Source: Methanothermus fervidus DSM 2088
Lineage (GTDB): Archaea > Methanobacteriota > Methanobacteria > DSM-2088 > Methanothermaceae
Length of the DNA: 32,000 nucleotides
NCBI GenBank assembly: GCA_000166095.1
Contig: CP002278.1
Location: forward strand, 360,001 to 392,000
Direction: 5' to 3'
Below, piece by piece: positions 1 through 10,798 of the stretch. Both the position numbers and the translations under genes were made by a program. Position 1 is the stretch's first letter. The number at the start of each line of letters is the position of its first letter. Under the pieces are notes generated by a model. The model saw nothing but the letters and a program-made list of their open reading frames with translations, was not told where the DNA came from and ran no database searches.

Positions 1-2
1 AT

Positions 3-203
3 GAAATTTTGGAAGCATTATTTCACTTCATAGTTTTATCATTGGTATTTTTTTCAGTAGAAATTGGTTTTTTGGCAGCTGTAGTGCACATGACTGTTGA
101 TATATTCCATGAATTGAGTGGTAGAGAATACAGCTGGTTACATCATAGAGCTTTACACTTCACAGTGGAGTCATTATTCTTTATAATGGTAGGTATTAGA
201 TAA
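3..203 (+). CDS. 3' end of a hydrophobic (probably membrane) protein, truncated by the left window edge
   Basis: The frame is open from the window edge to a TAA at 201-203. The translation is rich in F/L/V/I ([23 protein letters not shown]). No family was recognised. Confidence 0.25.
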   Translation, partial: EILEALFHFIVLSLVFFSVEIGFLAAVVHMTVDIFHELSGREYSWLHHRALHFTVESLFFIMVGIR

Positions 204-275
204 TTTATTTTTATATTTAAATAAAAACTTAAGCATGGTCATTTGCTTAAAGTAATTTTCATGAGGTGAATAATC

Positions 276-1940
276 ATGCCAGTGATAACCATAAAATTTG
301 ATGAATTAAGAAAATTGGGAATTGAACTTAGCAATGAAGAAATCATTGAGACATTGCCTATGTTAGGTTGTGATATTGAAGATTATGATGATAATGTTCT
401 TAAAGTAGAATTTTTCCCAAATCGTCCAGATAACTTTTCTGTTGAAGGTATTTCTAGAAGTTTAAAAGGATTTTTAGGGATGGAATTAGGCATACCTAAG
501 TATACAATCAAAGATTCTGGTTTTAAAGTGTTTGTAGATGAAAAAATATCTAAAATTAGGCCATTTATCGCTGTCTGTATAGTGAAAAATTTAGAATTTA
601 ATGAAGACAAAGTAAAACAAATTATGGAGTTTCAAGAAGATCTACATTGGGTCATGGGTAGAGATAGAAAAAAAGTTGCTATAGGTCTCCATAATTATGA
701 TGTTGTCACGCCTCCCTTTTATTATAAGGCAGCTGACCCAGATAATGTAGCATTTGTTCCTCTTAACAGCCAGGAAAAGATGACACTTAGAGAAATACTT
801 AATAAACATGAAACTGGTCGAAAATATGCGCATTTATTAAAACAATACAAAAAATATCCTCTAATTTTAGATGATGATGACAATGTCCTTTCAATGCCTC
901 CAATAATAAATGCAGAACTAACAAAAATTGATGAAAATACGAAAAATGTACTTATAGATGTTACAGGTACAGATTTTAAAGCTGTAATGCAAACTGTCAA
1001 TATATTATCAACCTCCTTTGCAGAAAGTGGTGGAAAAATTGAAACAGTTGAAATTATTTACCCTGATAAGAAAGTAAAGACTCCAGATTTAACTCCTAAA
1101 ACCAAGTTGCTAAATGTAGAAAACGTTAAAAAAATTATAGGTCATGATATTAGTTTAGATGAAATAAAACATTCATTATTAAAGGCGAGAATGGATGTAG
1201 AAGAGATTTCAGATGATAAATTAAAAGTTTATATCCCTGCTTATAGGGTTGATATACTTCATGAAGTTGATATAATAGAAAATGTTGCGATACAATACCG
1301 TTTTAATAATATCAAGCCAAGATTACCAAAAGTTGCCACTGTTGGTGAAGAAGACCCATGGTATATTTCTGACAACGTATTACGGAAAATTATGGTTGGT
1401 TTAGGTTTCCAGGAAATTATGAGTTTAATGTTGACAAATGAAGATACACATTACAAAAAAATGAGATTAAAGGAAGACGATAGGGTTCAAGTTTCTCAAC
1501 CAATTTCAGAAGATAGAACTATGATAAGAAAAAGCCTTCTAGGAAATCTCATGGAATTTTTAAGGGACAATAGACATGCTGAATTGCCACAAAAAATATT
1601 TGAAGTTGGTGAAGCTGTATATATTGACAAAAAATCTGAAACAAAAGTAAAAAGTGTTAAAAAATTGGCAGGGGCAGTAATGCATTCAAATACTAATTTT
1701 ACAGAAATAAAATCAATTGTAGCTACAATAATCAAAAACTTAGGTTATAAAATGGAGTTAGAGAAGACTAACCATCCTAGTTTTATCAAAGGTAGGGTAG
1801 CAAAGGTTAGAGCTAAAATGAAAGACAAGGCTTCAATAGAGGGCGTTTTTGGTGAAATACATCCAGAAGTTATAATTAATTTTGATTTAGAGTATCCTGT
1901 TACAGCCTTTGAATTAGAATTTACTCACCAACAACCATAA
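276..1940 (+). CDS. pheT: Phenylalanine--tRNA ligase beta subunit (archaeal type)
   Basis: 554 aa ORF with ATG preceded by GAGGTGA. The N-terminus (MPVITIKFDELRKLG...FFPNRPD) and the length match archaeal PheT with B3/4 and B5 domains. Confidence 0.93.
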   Translation: MPVITIKFDELRKLGIELSNEEIIETLPMLGCDIEDYDDNVLKVEFFPNRPDNFSVEGISRSLKGFLGMELGIPKYTIKDSGFKVFVDEKISKIRPFIAVCIVKNLEFNEDKVKQIMEFQEDLHWVMGRDRKKVAIGLHNYDVVTPPFYYKAADPDNVAFVPLNSQEKMTLREILNKHETGRKYAHLLKQYKKYPLILDDDDNVLSMPPIINAELTKIDENTKNVLIDVTGTDFKAVMQTVNILSTSFAESGGKIETVEIIYPDKKVKTPDLTPKTKLLNVENVKKIIGHDISLDEIKHSLLKARMDVEEISDDKLKVYIPAYRVDILHEVDIIENVAIQYRFNNIKPRLPKVATVGEEDPWYISDNVLRKIMVGLGFQEIMSLMLTNEDTHYKKMRLKEDDRVQVSQPISEDRTMIRKSLLGNLMEFLRDNRHAELPQKIFEVGEAVYIDKKSETKVKSVKKLAGAVMHSNTNFTEIKSIVATIIKNLGYKMELEKTNHPSFIKGRVAKVRAKMKDKASIEGVFGEIHPEVIINFDLEYPVTAFELEFTHQQP

Positions 1941-2331
1941 TATTTACAGTCCTTGTCCTTGGACCATCTAATTCCACGAAAAAAATTCTTTGCCAAGTCC
2001 CTAAATCTAATTTGCCATTTACAACTTGTAATGTTTTACTGGAATCTAGAAGAACTGACCTTTGATGAGAATCTGCATTATTATCTATTCTATTATGTTC
2101 ATAGTTTCCATCAACAGGGACAATACGCTCCAATAATTTTTTAAAATCATTAATTAATCCTTTTTCATTTTCATTTATTAAAAGACCTGCAGTACTATGC
2201 CTGTTAAAAATGTTTACCAATCCTGTATCTATATCTAAGGAATTAACAAAATTTTCAACTTTTGAGGTAATATCAATGAATTCAACTCTCTCTTTTGTAT
2301 TTATATTTATACTTTTCCTCCAAATATTCAT
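1921..2331 (-). CDS. YjbQ/UPF0047 family protein (secondary thiamine-phosphate synthase-like)
   Basis: 136 aa. Family motifs are HSTAGLLINENE and NADSHQRS. GGAGGA lies upstream of the ATG. The 3' end overlaps pheT by 20 nt. Confidence 0.82.
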   Translation of the reverse strand: MNIWRKSININTKERVEFIDITSKVENFVNSLDIDTGLVNIFNRHSTAGLLINENEKGLINDFKKLLERIVPVDGNYEHNRIDNNADSHQRSVLLDSSKTLQVVNGKLDLGTWQRIFFVELDGPRTRTVNIMVVGE

Positions 2332-2389
2332 ATTTTAATCCTCCAAAAAAATTATACATAATAATTTTTGTTTCCAGGAGGTAAAATTT

Positions 2390-3887
<1,498 letters not shown>

Positions 3888-3923
3888 ATACTTAAAAGTT
3901 AGTTGTTTTTTGGAGGTATCACA

Positions 3924-4106
3924 ATGAAAGGTACGCCATCATTTGGAAAAAGGAATAAAACCTTACATATTCGTTGTAGAAGATGCGGACGTAAATCTTA
4001 TCACGTAAAGAAAAAAGTGTGTGCAGCCTGTGGATTTGGTAGAACAAGAAAAATAAGAAGATATAGTTGGCAAAATAAAAAAGTTAATGGTCAAAGGTTG
4101 ACATAA
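3924..4106 (+). CDS. rpl37e: 50S ribosomal protein L37e
   Basis: ATG 3924 follows [30 protein letters not shown] is the L37e zinc ribbon. It sits in the classic position downstream of the Sm gene. Confidence 0.94.
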   Translation: MKGTPSFGKRNKTLHIRCRRCGRKSYHVKKKVCAACGFGRTRKIRRYSWQNKKVNGQRLT

Positions 4107-4928
4107 ATGGAAGATAAACGTCCTATAGATGTAAGAATAATTGTAGAAGGGGCTTCTGATGTAGAGACAATTTCTAAAGCGTTACAAATGATTTCATTAG
4201 GTTCAGAATACCATGTAACTATTTCCTCAATAATACCAACGACAAGTGTAGAAATTGCACAAAGAGCTGTTGAAGGGGCAGACATAGTACTGATAGCAAC
4301 TGATGTAGATCCTACAGGTAGAGAATTAGCAAAAAAATTTGAAAAATCTCTTAAAGACCATGTTGGACATGTGGAAAGAATAAAATTGCCTTATGGCCAT
4401 GATGTAGAATATATAGATTCAGACCTCCTAAAAAAGGAAATAAAAAATGCGATTGTTAGATCAGGTTTATCTTCTCTACCCAACATTCGACATTGTAATC
4501 AATTAGAAGAAAAAATAGATGAACTTGAAAACCAAATAAAATCAATTTCTGAGGAAAATAAAAAATTAAAAAAGAGTAAAGATGAGCTAGAATCTGAACT
4601 AGAAAATTTTGAGAAAAAATATAAAGAATTAAAGGATAAATATAATGAATTAAAAGAAAGATATAAGAATATTGAAGAAAAATATAAGAGTGTTAAATCA
4701 AATTATGAGGAAATGAAAAAAAGAGGTTTATTAGAAGCTTTTTCTCTTAAAGAATTATGGGCAGAACTTTTTGGTGAAGAAGTAGACGAAGATAAAATTG
4801 TAAAAATCACGAACAATGTGAAGCCAAAGGATATCATTGTTGGTCAAGGATTAATTTGTGCCCCATCTAAGAAAAGGGCTATAGAATGGCTAAATATAAT
4901 AAAGACAGCTTTGACAATTGTTGAATGA
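4107..4928 (+). CDS. Toprim-domain protein with a long central coiled coil and an unknown C-terminal domain
   Basis: The ATG abuts the L37e stop with 0 nt spacer, and the stop overlaps the purF start as ATGA. Toprim motifs are IIVE14GASD and IATD66VD68PTG. Residues ~133-203 form an unbroken heptad repeat. Confidence 0.75.
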   Translation: MEDKRPIDVRIIVEGASDVETISKALQMISLGSEYHVTISSIIPTTSVEIAQRAVEGADIVLIATDVDPTGRELAKKFEKSLKDHVGHVERIKLPYGHDVEYIDSDLLKKEIKNAIVRSGLSSLPNIRHCNQLEEKIDELENQIKSISEENKKLKKSKDELESELENFEKKYKELKDKYNELKERYKNIEEKYKSVKSNYEEMKKRGLLEAFSLKELWAELFGEEVDEDKIVKITNNVKPKDIIVGQGLICAPSKKRAIEWLNIIKTALTIVE

Positions 4929-6331
4929 TGGGGATCTATGTGAAAGACAAATGTGGGATTGTAGGTATCTACTCAGAAAAACCTGAGTCTGTACCATATT
5001 ATCTATATTATTCTTTGTATGCTCTACAACATAGAGGGCAGGAATCTGCAGGAATGGCAACATACCAAGGCAAAATTGTAACTTATAAAAGTATGGGATT
5101 AGTATGTAATGTTTTTGATAAGAAAAAGCTTGATAGTCTCCGTAGTCATGTAGGAATAGGCCATGTACGATATTCCACTACTGGAAAATCAGAACCAAAA
5201 AATTCACAACCATTTACGATTGAATTTGAGGAAGGACAAATATCAGTGGCCCATAATGGAGATATAGTTAATTCAAGAGAACTGAGGAAAGATCTTAAAT
5301 CAAGAGGATATAATTTTTATTCAACAACTGATTCTGAAATAATTGCTCATTTATTTTGTGATGAATATTCAAAAACTAATGATGTTTTACAAGCAATAAA
5401 GAATACATTGAAAAAAATTATAGGTTCATATTCACTTGTAATTCTTATAAATGATGATTTATATGCTATAAGAGATCCTTTTGGGATTAGACCTTTAGTA
5501 TTTGGAAAAGATGATGAATCAAAAATTGTTGCATCTGAAACAGTTGCACTTGATGTTGTTAACATTGATTATAAAAGAGATATAAAGCCAGGAGAAATAT
5601 TACATCTAAATACTGAAAAAAGTTATGAATTAGGAAAGGAAAAACGAAGAGCTCATTGTATATTTGAATATGTTTATTTTGCACGACCTGACAGTATCAT
5701 AAATGGGAGAAAAGTATATAAAGTTCGTTTAAATATTGGCAAGGCTCTTTATAGGGAAGATCCTATTGATGCCGACATGGTTGCTCCTGTACCTGATTCA
5801 GCAATACCTGCAGCAATTGGATATTCAAGAGAATCTGGAATTCCTTATGGAGAAGCTTTCATAAAAAATCGTTACATAGGTAGAACATTTATAATGCCAA
5901 CACAAAAAAGTAGAGAGTCAGCAGTGAAATTAAAGATGAATCCATTAAAAACTGAAGTTGAAGGAAAAAGAATAGTTCTTATTGATGATAGTATAGTTCG
6001 TGGGACCACCATCAAGCAATTAGTCAATGTTTTAAAAAATGCAAATGCAAAAGAGATTCATTTGAGGATAGGTTGCCCACCTATCAAACATCCATGTTAT
6101 TATGGGATTGCAATAAGGTCTGAAGATGAATTGATAGCATCTAATAAGGATGTAGAAGAAATAAGAAAAATATTAGGTGTAAATTCATTAAAATACCTCA
6201 CAATCGAATCTCTAGTGAAATGTATTGGTATTAGTAAGAAAAATTTATGCACAGGTTGTCTTGATGGCGAATATCCAACTCTAACACCTGATGAAATAAG
6301 GAAGATAAAGCCAGATATATATCATTACTGA
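4925..6331 (+). CDS. purF: Amidophosphoribosyltransferase
   Basis: 468 aa. The CGIVGI Ntn-nucleophile Cys is at residue 10, implying a short propeptide or a later GTG start. The PRT motif is [12 protein letters not shown], and C-terminal Cys residues are present. Confidence 0.94.
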   Translation: MMGIYVKDKCGIVGIYSEKPESVPYYLYYSLYALQHRGQESAGMATYQGKIVTYKSMGLVCNVFDKKKLDSLRSHVGIGHVRYSTTGKSEPKNSQPFTIEFEEGQISVAHNGDIVNSRELRKDLKSRGYNFYSTTDSEIIAHLFCDEYSKTNDVLQAIKNTLKKIIGSYSLVILINDDLYAIRDPFGIRPLVFGKDDESKIVASETVALDVVNIDYKRDIKPGEILHLNTEKSYELGKEKRRAHCIFEYVYFARPDSIINGRKVYKVRLNIGKALYREDPIDADMVAPVPDSAIPAAIGYSRESGIPYGEAFIKNRYIGRTFIMPTQKSRESAVKLKMNPLKTEVEGKRIVLIDDSIVRGTTIKQLVNVLKNANAKEIHLRIGCPPIKHPCYYGIAIRSEDELIASNKDVEEIRKILGVNSLKYLTIESLVKCIGISKKNLCTGCLDGEYPTLTPDEIRKIKPDIYHY

Positions 6332-6347
6332 TTTTTTGGTGAGAAGT

Positions 6348-7538
6348 ATGGTAGAACTTTTAGCACCAGCTCGTGATTTTGCTTCATTATCAGCCGCAAT
6401 AAAAAATGGTGCAGATGCTGTTTATATTGGCATGGAAGGATGTAATTTACGTTCAAATGTTTCTAATTTTACATTGGACGAAATAAATGATGCTACAAAA
6501 TATGCTCACAAAAATAATGTTAAATTATATGTTTGTGCGAACACAATACTTTATGATTCAGATATATATGAATTGGAGAAAAAACTTCAAGAATTACATG
6601 AAAGTAATGTAGATGCAATTATAGTTTCAGATCTTGGTGGTATAGATTTGGCTGTTGAAAATGATTTACGAGTTCATGTTAGTGTTCAAGCTAATATATC
6701 CAATGTTAGAGCAATAAAAGTACTTAAAAAATTGGGAGCATCAAGAGTCATACTTTCAAGAGAACTCACATTAGACCAAATTAAAGATATAGCTTCAAAA
6801 TCTCCACTTGAAACAGAAATTTTTATACATGGAGCTCAGTGTATGGCAATATCTGGAAGATGTTTATTGAGTTCTTACCTTACAGGGAAAAGTTCTAATA
6901 AAGGAGAGTGTTTACAACCTTGTAGAAAGGCTTGGAGAGTAATATCTGAAGATAATGAAGAATTTATAGTAGAAAGTGGTAATGGTAATATAAAAAGTTA
7001 TATTTTTAGTCCTAAAGATTTGTGTATGATTGAGTACATTCCAGAATTAATGGAATCAGGAGTTGATGCTTTTAAAATTGAAGGAAGAGCTAGATCAGCA
7101 GATTATGTTGCAACAGTTGTATCTGTTTATAGAGAAGCTATAGATAAATATTTAAATGGAAATTGGGAATTCAACAAAGAATGGTTAGAAGAGTTGAAAA
7201 AAGTCTTTAATAGAGGATTCGATCATGGATTTTATTTTGGACGCCCTAAACAAGGCAGTACTTATAATCAAGGATTAATAAAAAAAGATGTGGGTGAAGT
7301 TATAGAATATAACAATGAAAATAATTTGGCTAAACTAAGAATTTGGGATGAAATAAAAAAAGGCGATGAGTTAGTATTTCAAGGAAAGAAAACAGGTGCT
7401 ATTATACAGCGAGCAAAGTCTATAAAATTAAAAGAAATAAAAGCAAAAAAAGGTAAATTGAGAAAAATAATAACTCTTAAAATGAAAAGTAAAGTAAATC
7501 CTGGAGATCTTGTCTATAAAAGGGTTAAAAGGTGCTAA
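6348..7538 (+). CDS. Peptidase U32 family protein (Fe-S, RlhA/TrhP/UbiU-like family)
   Basis: I start at ATG 6348, after GGTGAG; the ORF track starts at TTG 6336. The N-terminus VELLAPARDFASLSAAIKNGADAVYIG is typical of U32. A C-x6-C-x15-C-x3-C motif lies at nt 6840-6923. Confidence 0.85.
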   Translation: MVELLAPARDFASLSAAIKNGADAVYIGMEGCNLRSNVSNFTLDEINDATKYAHKNNVKLYVCANTILYDSDIYELEKKLQELHESNVDAIIVSDLGGIDLAVENDLRVHVSVQANISNVRAIKVLKKLGASRVILSRELTLDQIKDIASKSPLETEIFIHGAQCMAISGRCLLSSYLTGKSSNKGECLQPCRKAWRVISEDNEEFIVESGNGNIKSYIFSPKDLCMIEYIPELMESGVDAFKIEGRARSADYVATVVSVYREAIDKYLNGNWEFNKEWLEELKKVFNRGFDHGFYFGRPKQGSTYNQGLIKKDVGEVIEYNNENNLAKLRIWDEIKKGDELVFQGKKTGAIIQRAKSIKLKEIKAKKGKLRKIITLKMKSKVNPGDLVYKRVKRC

Positions 7539-8353
7539 TTTTGAAAAAAAGGAAACAACGTAGAATAGCAATATATGGAAAAGGAGGGATTGGAAAATCA
7601 ACCATAGTTTCAAACATTGCAGCTGCATATTCTGATAAGTATAAAGTTTTAGTAATTGGTTGTGATCCAAAATCTGATACAACACGGACATTGTATGGCT
7701 CCAGGATACCCACTGTACTACATATTTTAAAGGAAAAGAAAGAACCAAAAGTTGAAGATGTAGTGTATGTAGGATATAATGGTGTTAAATGTGTTGAATC
7801 TGGGGGTCCAGAACCTGGTGTTGGTTGTGCAGGTAGAGGAGTAATTGTAGCTATGAATTTACTTGAAAAACTCGGGGTATTTAGGGAATCTTTAGACATA
7901 ATAATATATGATGTACTTGGAGATGTTGTTTGTGGAGGATTTGCTGTACCTTTACGTGAAGATTATGCAGATGAAGTTTATATAGTCACTTCGGGCGAAT
8001 ATATGTCATTATATGCCGCAAACAACATATGTAAAGGTATCAAAAGATTAAAAGGAAGACTTGGCGGTATCATTTGTAATTGTAGAGGTATAAAGAATGA
8101 AGTAGAAATTGTTGAAAAATTTGCAAAAAAAATAGGTAGTAAAGTTGTAGGTGTAATTCCTAGAAGTGATTTAGTCCAAAAAAGTGAAATAGAAGGAAAA
8201 ACTGTAATCGAAAAGTTTCCAAAATCTGAACAAGCAAAAATATATAGAGATCTAGCGAAATCAATATATTTAAATAAAGATTTCGTTGAACCAAAACCTA
8301 TGAGTATAGACGAGTTAGAAAAATTTATTAAAAATCTATATAATGTCTCATAG
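7532..8353 (+). CDS. cfbC: NifH-like ATPase, probably the Ni-sirohydrochlorin a,c-diamide reductive cyclase component CfbC
   Basis: The GTG start overlaps the U32 stop by 7 nt. It has the P-loop GKGGIGKST and cluster ligands in CAGRG and GDVVCGGFA. No nifD or nifK is adjacent, so the F430 (CfbC/NflH) role is inferred. Confidence 0.75.
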   Translation: MLILKKRKQRRIAIYGKGGIGKSTIVSNIAAAYSDKYKVLVIGCDPKSDTTRTLYGSRIPTVLHILKEKKEPKVEDVVYVGYNGVKCVESGGPEPGVGCAGRGVIVAMNLLEKLGVFRESLDIIIYDVLGDVVCGGFAVPLREDYADEVYIVTSGEYMSLYAANNICKGIKRLKGRLGGIICNCRGIKNEVEIVEKFAKKIGSKVVGVIPRSDLVQKSEIEGKTVIEKFPKSEQAKIYRDLAKSIYLNKDFVEPKPMSIDELEKFIKNLYNVS

Positions 8354-8759
8354 AGAAAGATTTTTTGCCTAAATTTTTAAATGCATTCTTAACACATGTT
8401 TTTGCTTTCTCAAAATTTTTAAAATAGAAAAGATGTGAAGGACAGTTACAATCAGAAGAACCAAAATTTTCAATGCTAACAGCATAGTTATTTAAATATT
8501 TAGCAATCTCACATTCTATTCTTTTATTGGAGATTGCAGCTATTATCTCTAATATTTTTGCATACATTAAAAAATAATCTATATGCCAATGTAATTTTTT
8601 ATTGGAAGATAAATGTCTTTTCACTCTACTTTCTAAAGAATTAAGTGCTGAACCAACATACACATAATAACCTTTCTCAAAGTTTAACTTACCTAATTTT
8701 CCAACTTTTATTTTTGAATTATTTTTTAATTTCATTATTAGGCAATAACTACCTTTCAT
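8328..8759 (-). CDS. GIY-YIG/Uri-superfamily nuclease-like protein (DUF123)
   Basis: 143 aa. Motifs are GYYVYVGSA, RVKRH, HWHIDY and SSDCNCPSHLFY. No SD is present and a TATA-like ATAATTAT lies about 20-27 nt upstream of the ATG, which suggests a leaderless mRNA. Confidence 0.8.
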   Translation of the reverse strand: MKGSYCLIMKLKNNSKIKVGKLGKLNFEKGYYVYVGSALNSLESRVKRHLSSNKKLHWHIDYFLMYAKILEIIAAISNKRIECEIAKYLNNYAVSIENFGSSDCNCPSHLFYFKNFEKAKTCVKNAFKNLGKKSFSMRHYIDF

Positions 8760-8779
8760 AATAAAAGGTGGAGATAATT

Positions 8780-9274
<495 letters not shown>

Positions 9275-9302
9275 ATTTTCATTTACATGCTATAAATTCA
9301 CT

Positions 9303-9310
9303 TTTATAAA
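9303..9310. promoter_or_regulatory. Self-complementary TATA box TTTATAAA, candidate bidirectional promoter core
   Basis: It lies 28 nt from the tRNA-Leu mature 5' end and 37 nt from the DUF167 ATG. CGAAAA, which resembles a BRE (TFB recognition element), flanks it on the tRNA side. Confidence 0.45.
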
Positions 9311-9347
9311 TAATTTTCGATTGGATAAATGGGCAGAAGGTGGAAGA

Positions 9348-9641
9348 ATGGAAGCAATAATGAAAAAAGGTAGTGATGTATTGTTACAGATACATGTTAT
9401 TCCATCTTCAAAAAAATTTGGTATAGAAAAATACGATTCATGGAGAAAAAGATTATATGTAACTGTTAAATCACCTGCAAGAAAAGGAAAAGCAAATAAA
9501 GAAATAATTGAAGAATTTTCTAAGCTTTTCAATAAAGAAGTTAAAATAGTTAAAGGCATAAAAAGTCGTGATAAAACTTTAGTTGTAAAAGATGTTGAAT
9601 ACAAAAAAATAATGGAAATTATAAGAGGAAAACTAAAATGA
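9348..9641 (+). CDS. DUF167 (YggU/UPF0235) family protein
   Basis: I start at ATG 9348, after GAAGGTGGA. The longer ORF from 9183 runs through the tRNA and was rejected. Family-like stretches are LQIHVIPSSKK..GIE and GKANKEIIEFLSK-like. The stop overlaps the larC start as ATGA. Confidence 0.75.
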   Translation: MEAIMKKGSDVLLQIHVIPSSKKFGIEKYDSWRKRLYVTVKSPARKGKANKEIIEEFSKLFNKEVKIVKGIKSRDKTLVVKDVEYKKIMEIIRGKLK

Positions 9642-10798
9642 CAGTAGTTATAGATCCTAGGACGGCAGGAATTAGCGGTAATATGGTAGTTGGGGCTTTA
9701 GTGGATATAGGAGCAAATAAGAAAAAAGTAATGAAAATAATGGAAGAAACAGGTTCTATTTTTGGTGATATTAATGTTGAAATAACTAAAACAACAAAGT
9801 CTGGAATTAAGTGTACTTATGTAAATGTGGAATCTAAAGATTACAAAAAAATTAGTTATTTTGAGTTAGTTGACAAATTAGAGAATTTAGAAATAAGTAA
9901 AAGAATATTAAAACTTGCAAAATCTATTTTTAAAGAAATAGCATTATGTGAGGCACGTATACATAACAAATCTATTAAAAATATAAAATTCCATAATGTT
10001 GGTGTTACAGATATTGTTGCAGATGTTTTTGGGGCTGTGTATTCTTATTTTTCTTTAGGTTTAGACAAAGAGAAAATATTTGGCCTCCCAGTGGCTTTAG
10101 GTACAAAAACTTCTTACCTTACTTTTGAATTATTAAAGAAGATCCCAACTTTTGAAAAATCTATAAATAATGAAATTTCAACGCCCACAGGTGTTGCATT
10201 GTTTAAAAAAATGTGTGATAACTTTAGAAAATCATTGCCATTAATAACTATAGATAAAATAGGTTATGGTGCTGGAAAACATGATCTAAAGGTTCCTAAC
10301 ATTCTAAAAATATTTAAAGGTAAAATGAATTATGAAGAAGATAATATTGCATTATTGGAAACAAACATCGATCATTTAAGTGGTGAGATTTTAGGAAATA
10401 TTTTTGAAACATTGATAAATACTGGGGCTTTAGATGTTAGCATAATACCTTGTGTAATGAAAAAAAACCGTCCAGGACATATACTTAGAGTTTTATGTCG
10501 TCCAAAAGACGTGGATAAAATCTCTCAAAAAATTTTTGAAGAAACAGGAACATTGGGAATTAGAGTATTTCCTCATGTACATAGATATATAATTAAAAGA
10601 AAAAAGATTAATCTTGAAATTGATGTAAAAGGTAAAAGACAAGCTAATTTTAAGGTTAGCTTCTTAGGAAGCAAAATATTGGATGCAAGAATAGAATATG
10701 AGGATGCAAAACGTATTTCAAAAAAAACTGGCTTACCTTTAAAAGATGTGATGAGAATTGCAAATGAAGAATTTTATAGGAGGTATTCAAATGGTTAA
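9638..10798 (+). CDS. larC: LarC family nickel insertion protein (nickel-pincer cofactor biosynthesis, DUF111)
   Basis: 386 aa. The N-terminal signature is DPRTAGISGNMVVGALVDIGA and the C-terminal domain with GTLGIR matches the LarC family. Confidence 0.85.
   Translation: MTVVIDPRTAGISGNMVVGALVDIGANKKKVMKIMEETGSIFGDINVEITKTTKSGIKCTYVNVESKDYKKISYFELVDKLENLEISKRILKLAKSIFKEIALCEARIHNKSIKNIKFHNVGVTDIVADVFGAVYSYFSLGLDKEKIFGLPVALGTKTSYLTFELLKKIPTFEKSINNEISTPTGVALFKKMCDNFRKSLPLITIDKIGYGAGKHDLKVPNILKIFKGKMNYEEDNIALLETNIDHLSGEILGNIFETLINTGALDVSIIPCVMKKNRPGHILRVLCRPKDVDKISQKIFEETGTLGIRVFPHVHRYIIKRKKINLEIDVKGKRQANFKVSFLGSKILDARIEYEDAKRISKKTGLPLKDVMRIANEEFYRRYSNG

Noticed and set aside
4107-4928. A Toprim protein acting as a defence nuclease (OLD, Gabija or PARIS-like).
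   Set aside because: There is no ATPase partner and no mobile or variable context. The gene is translationally coupled to ribosomal and purine genes.
7525-7899. A 124 aa minus-strand ORF rich in Pro, Thr and Ser.
   Set aside because: It lies fully antisense to the conserved NifH-like gene and its low-complexity translation is typical of a shadow ORF. The same reasoning applies to the other antisense ORFs in the track, such as 383-610, 722-1000, 15691-16047, 17658-18188, 23920-24195 and 30953-31261.
7532-8353. Nitrogenase iron protein (nifH) and a nif cluster.
   Set aside because: No nifD, nifK, nifE or nifN lies nearby and the gene is embedded in housekeeping genes. The F430 CfbC paralogue is the more economical call, although sequence alone does not fully exclude NifH.
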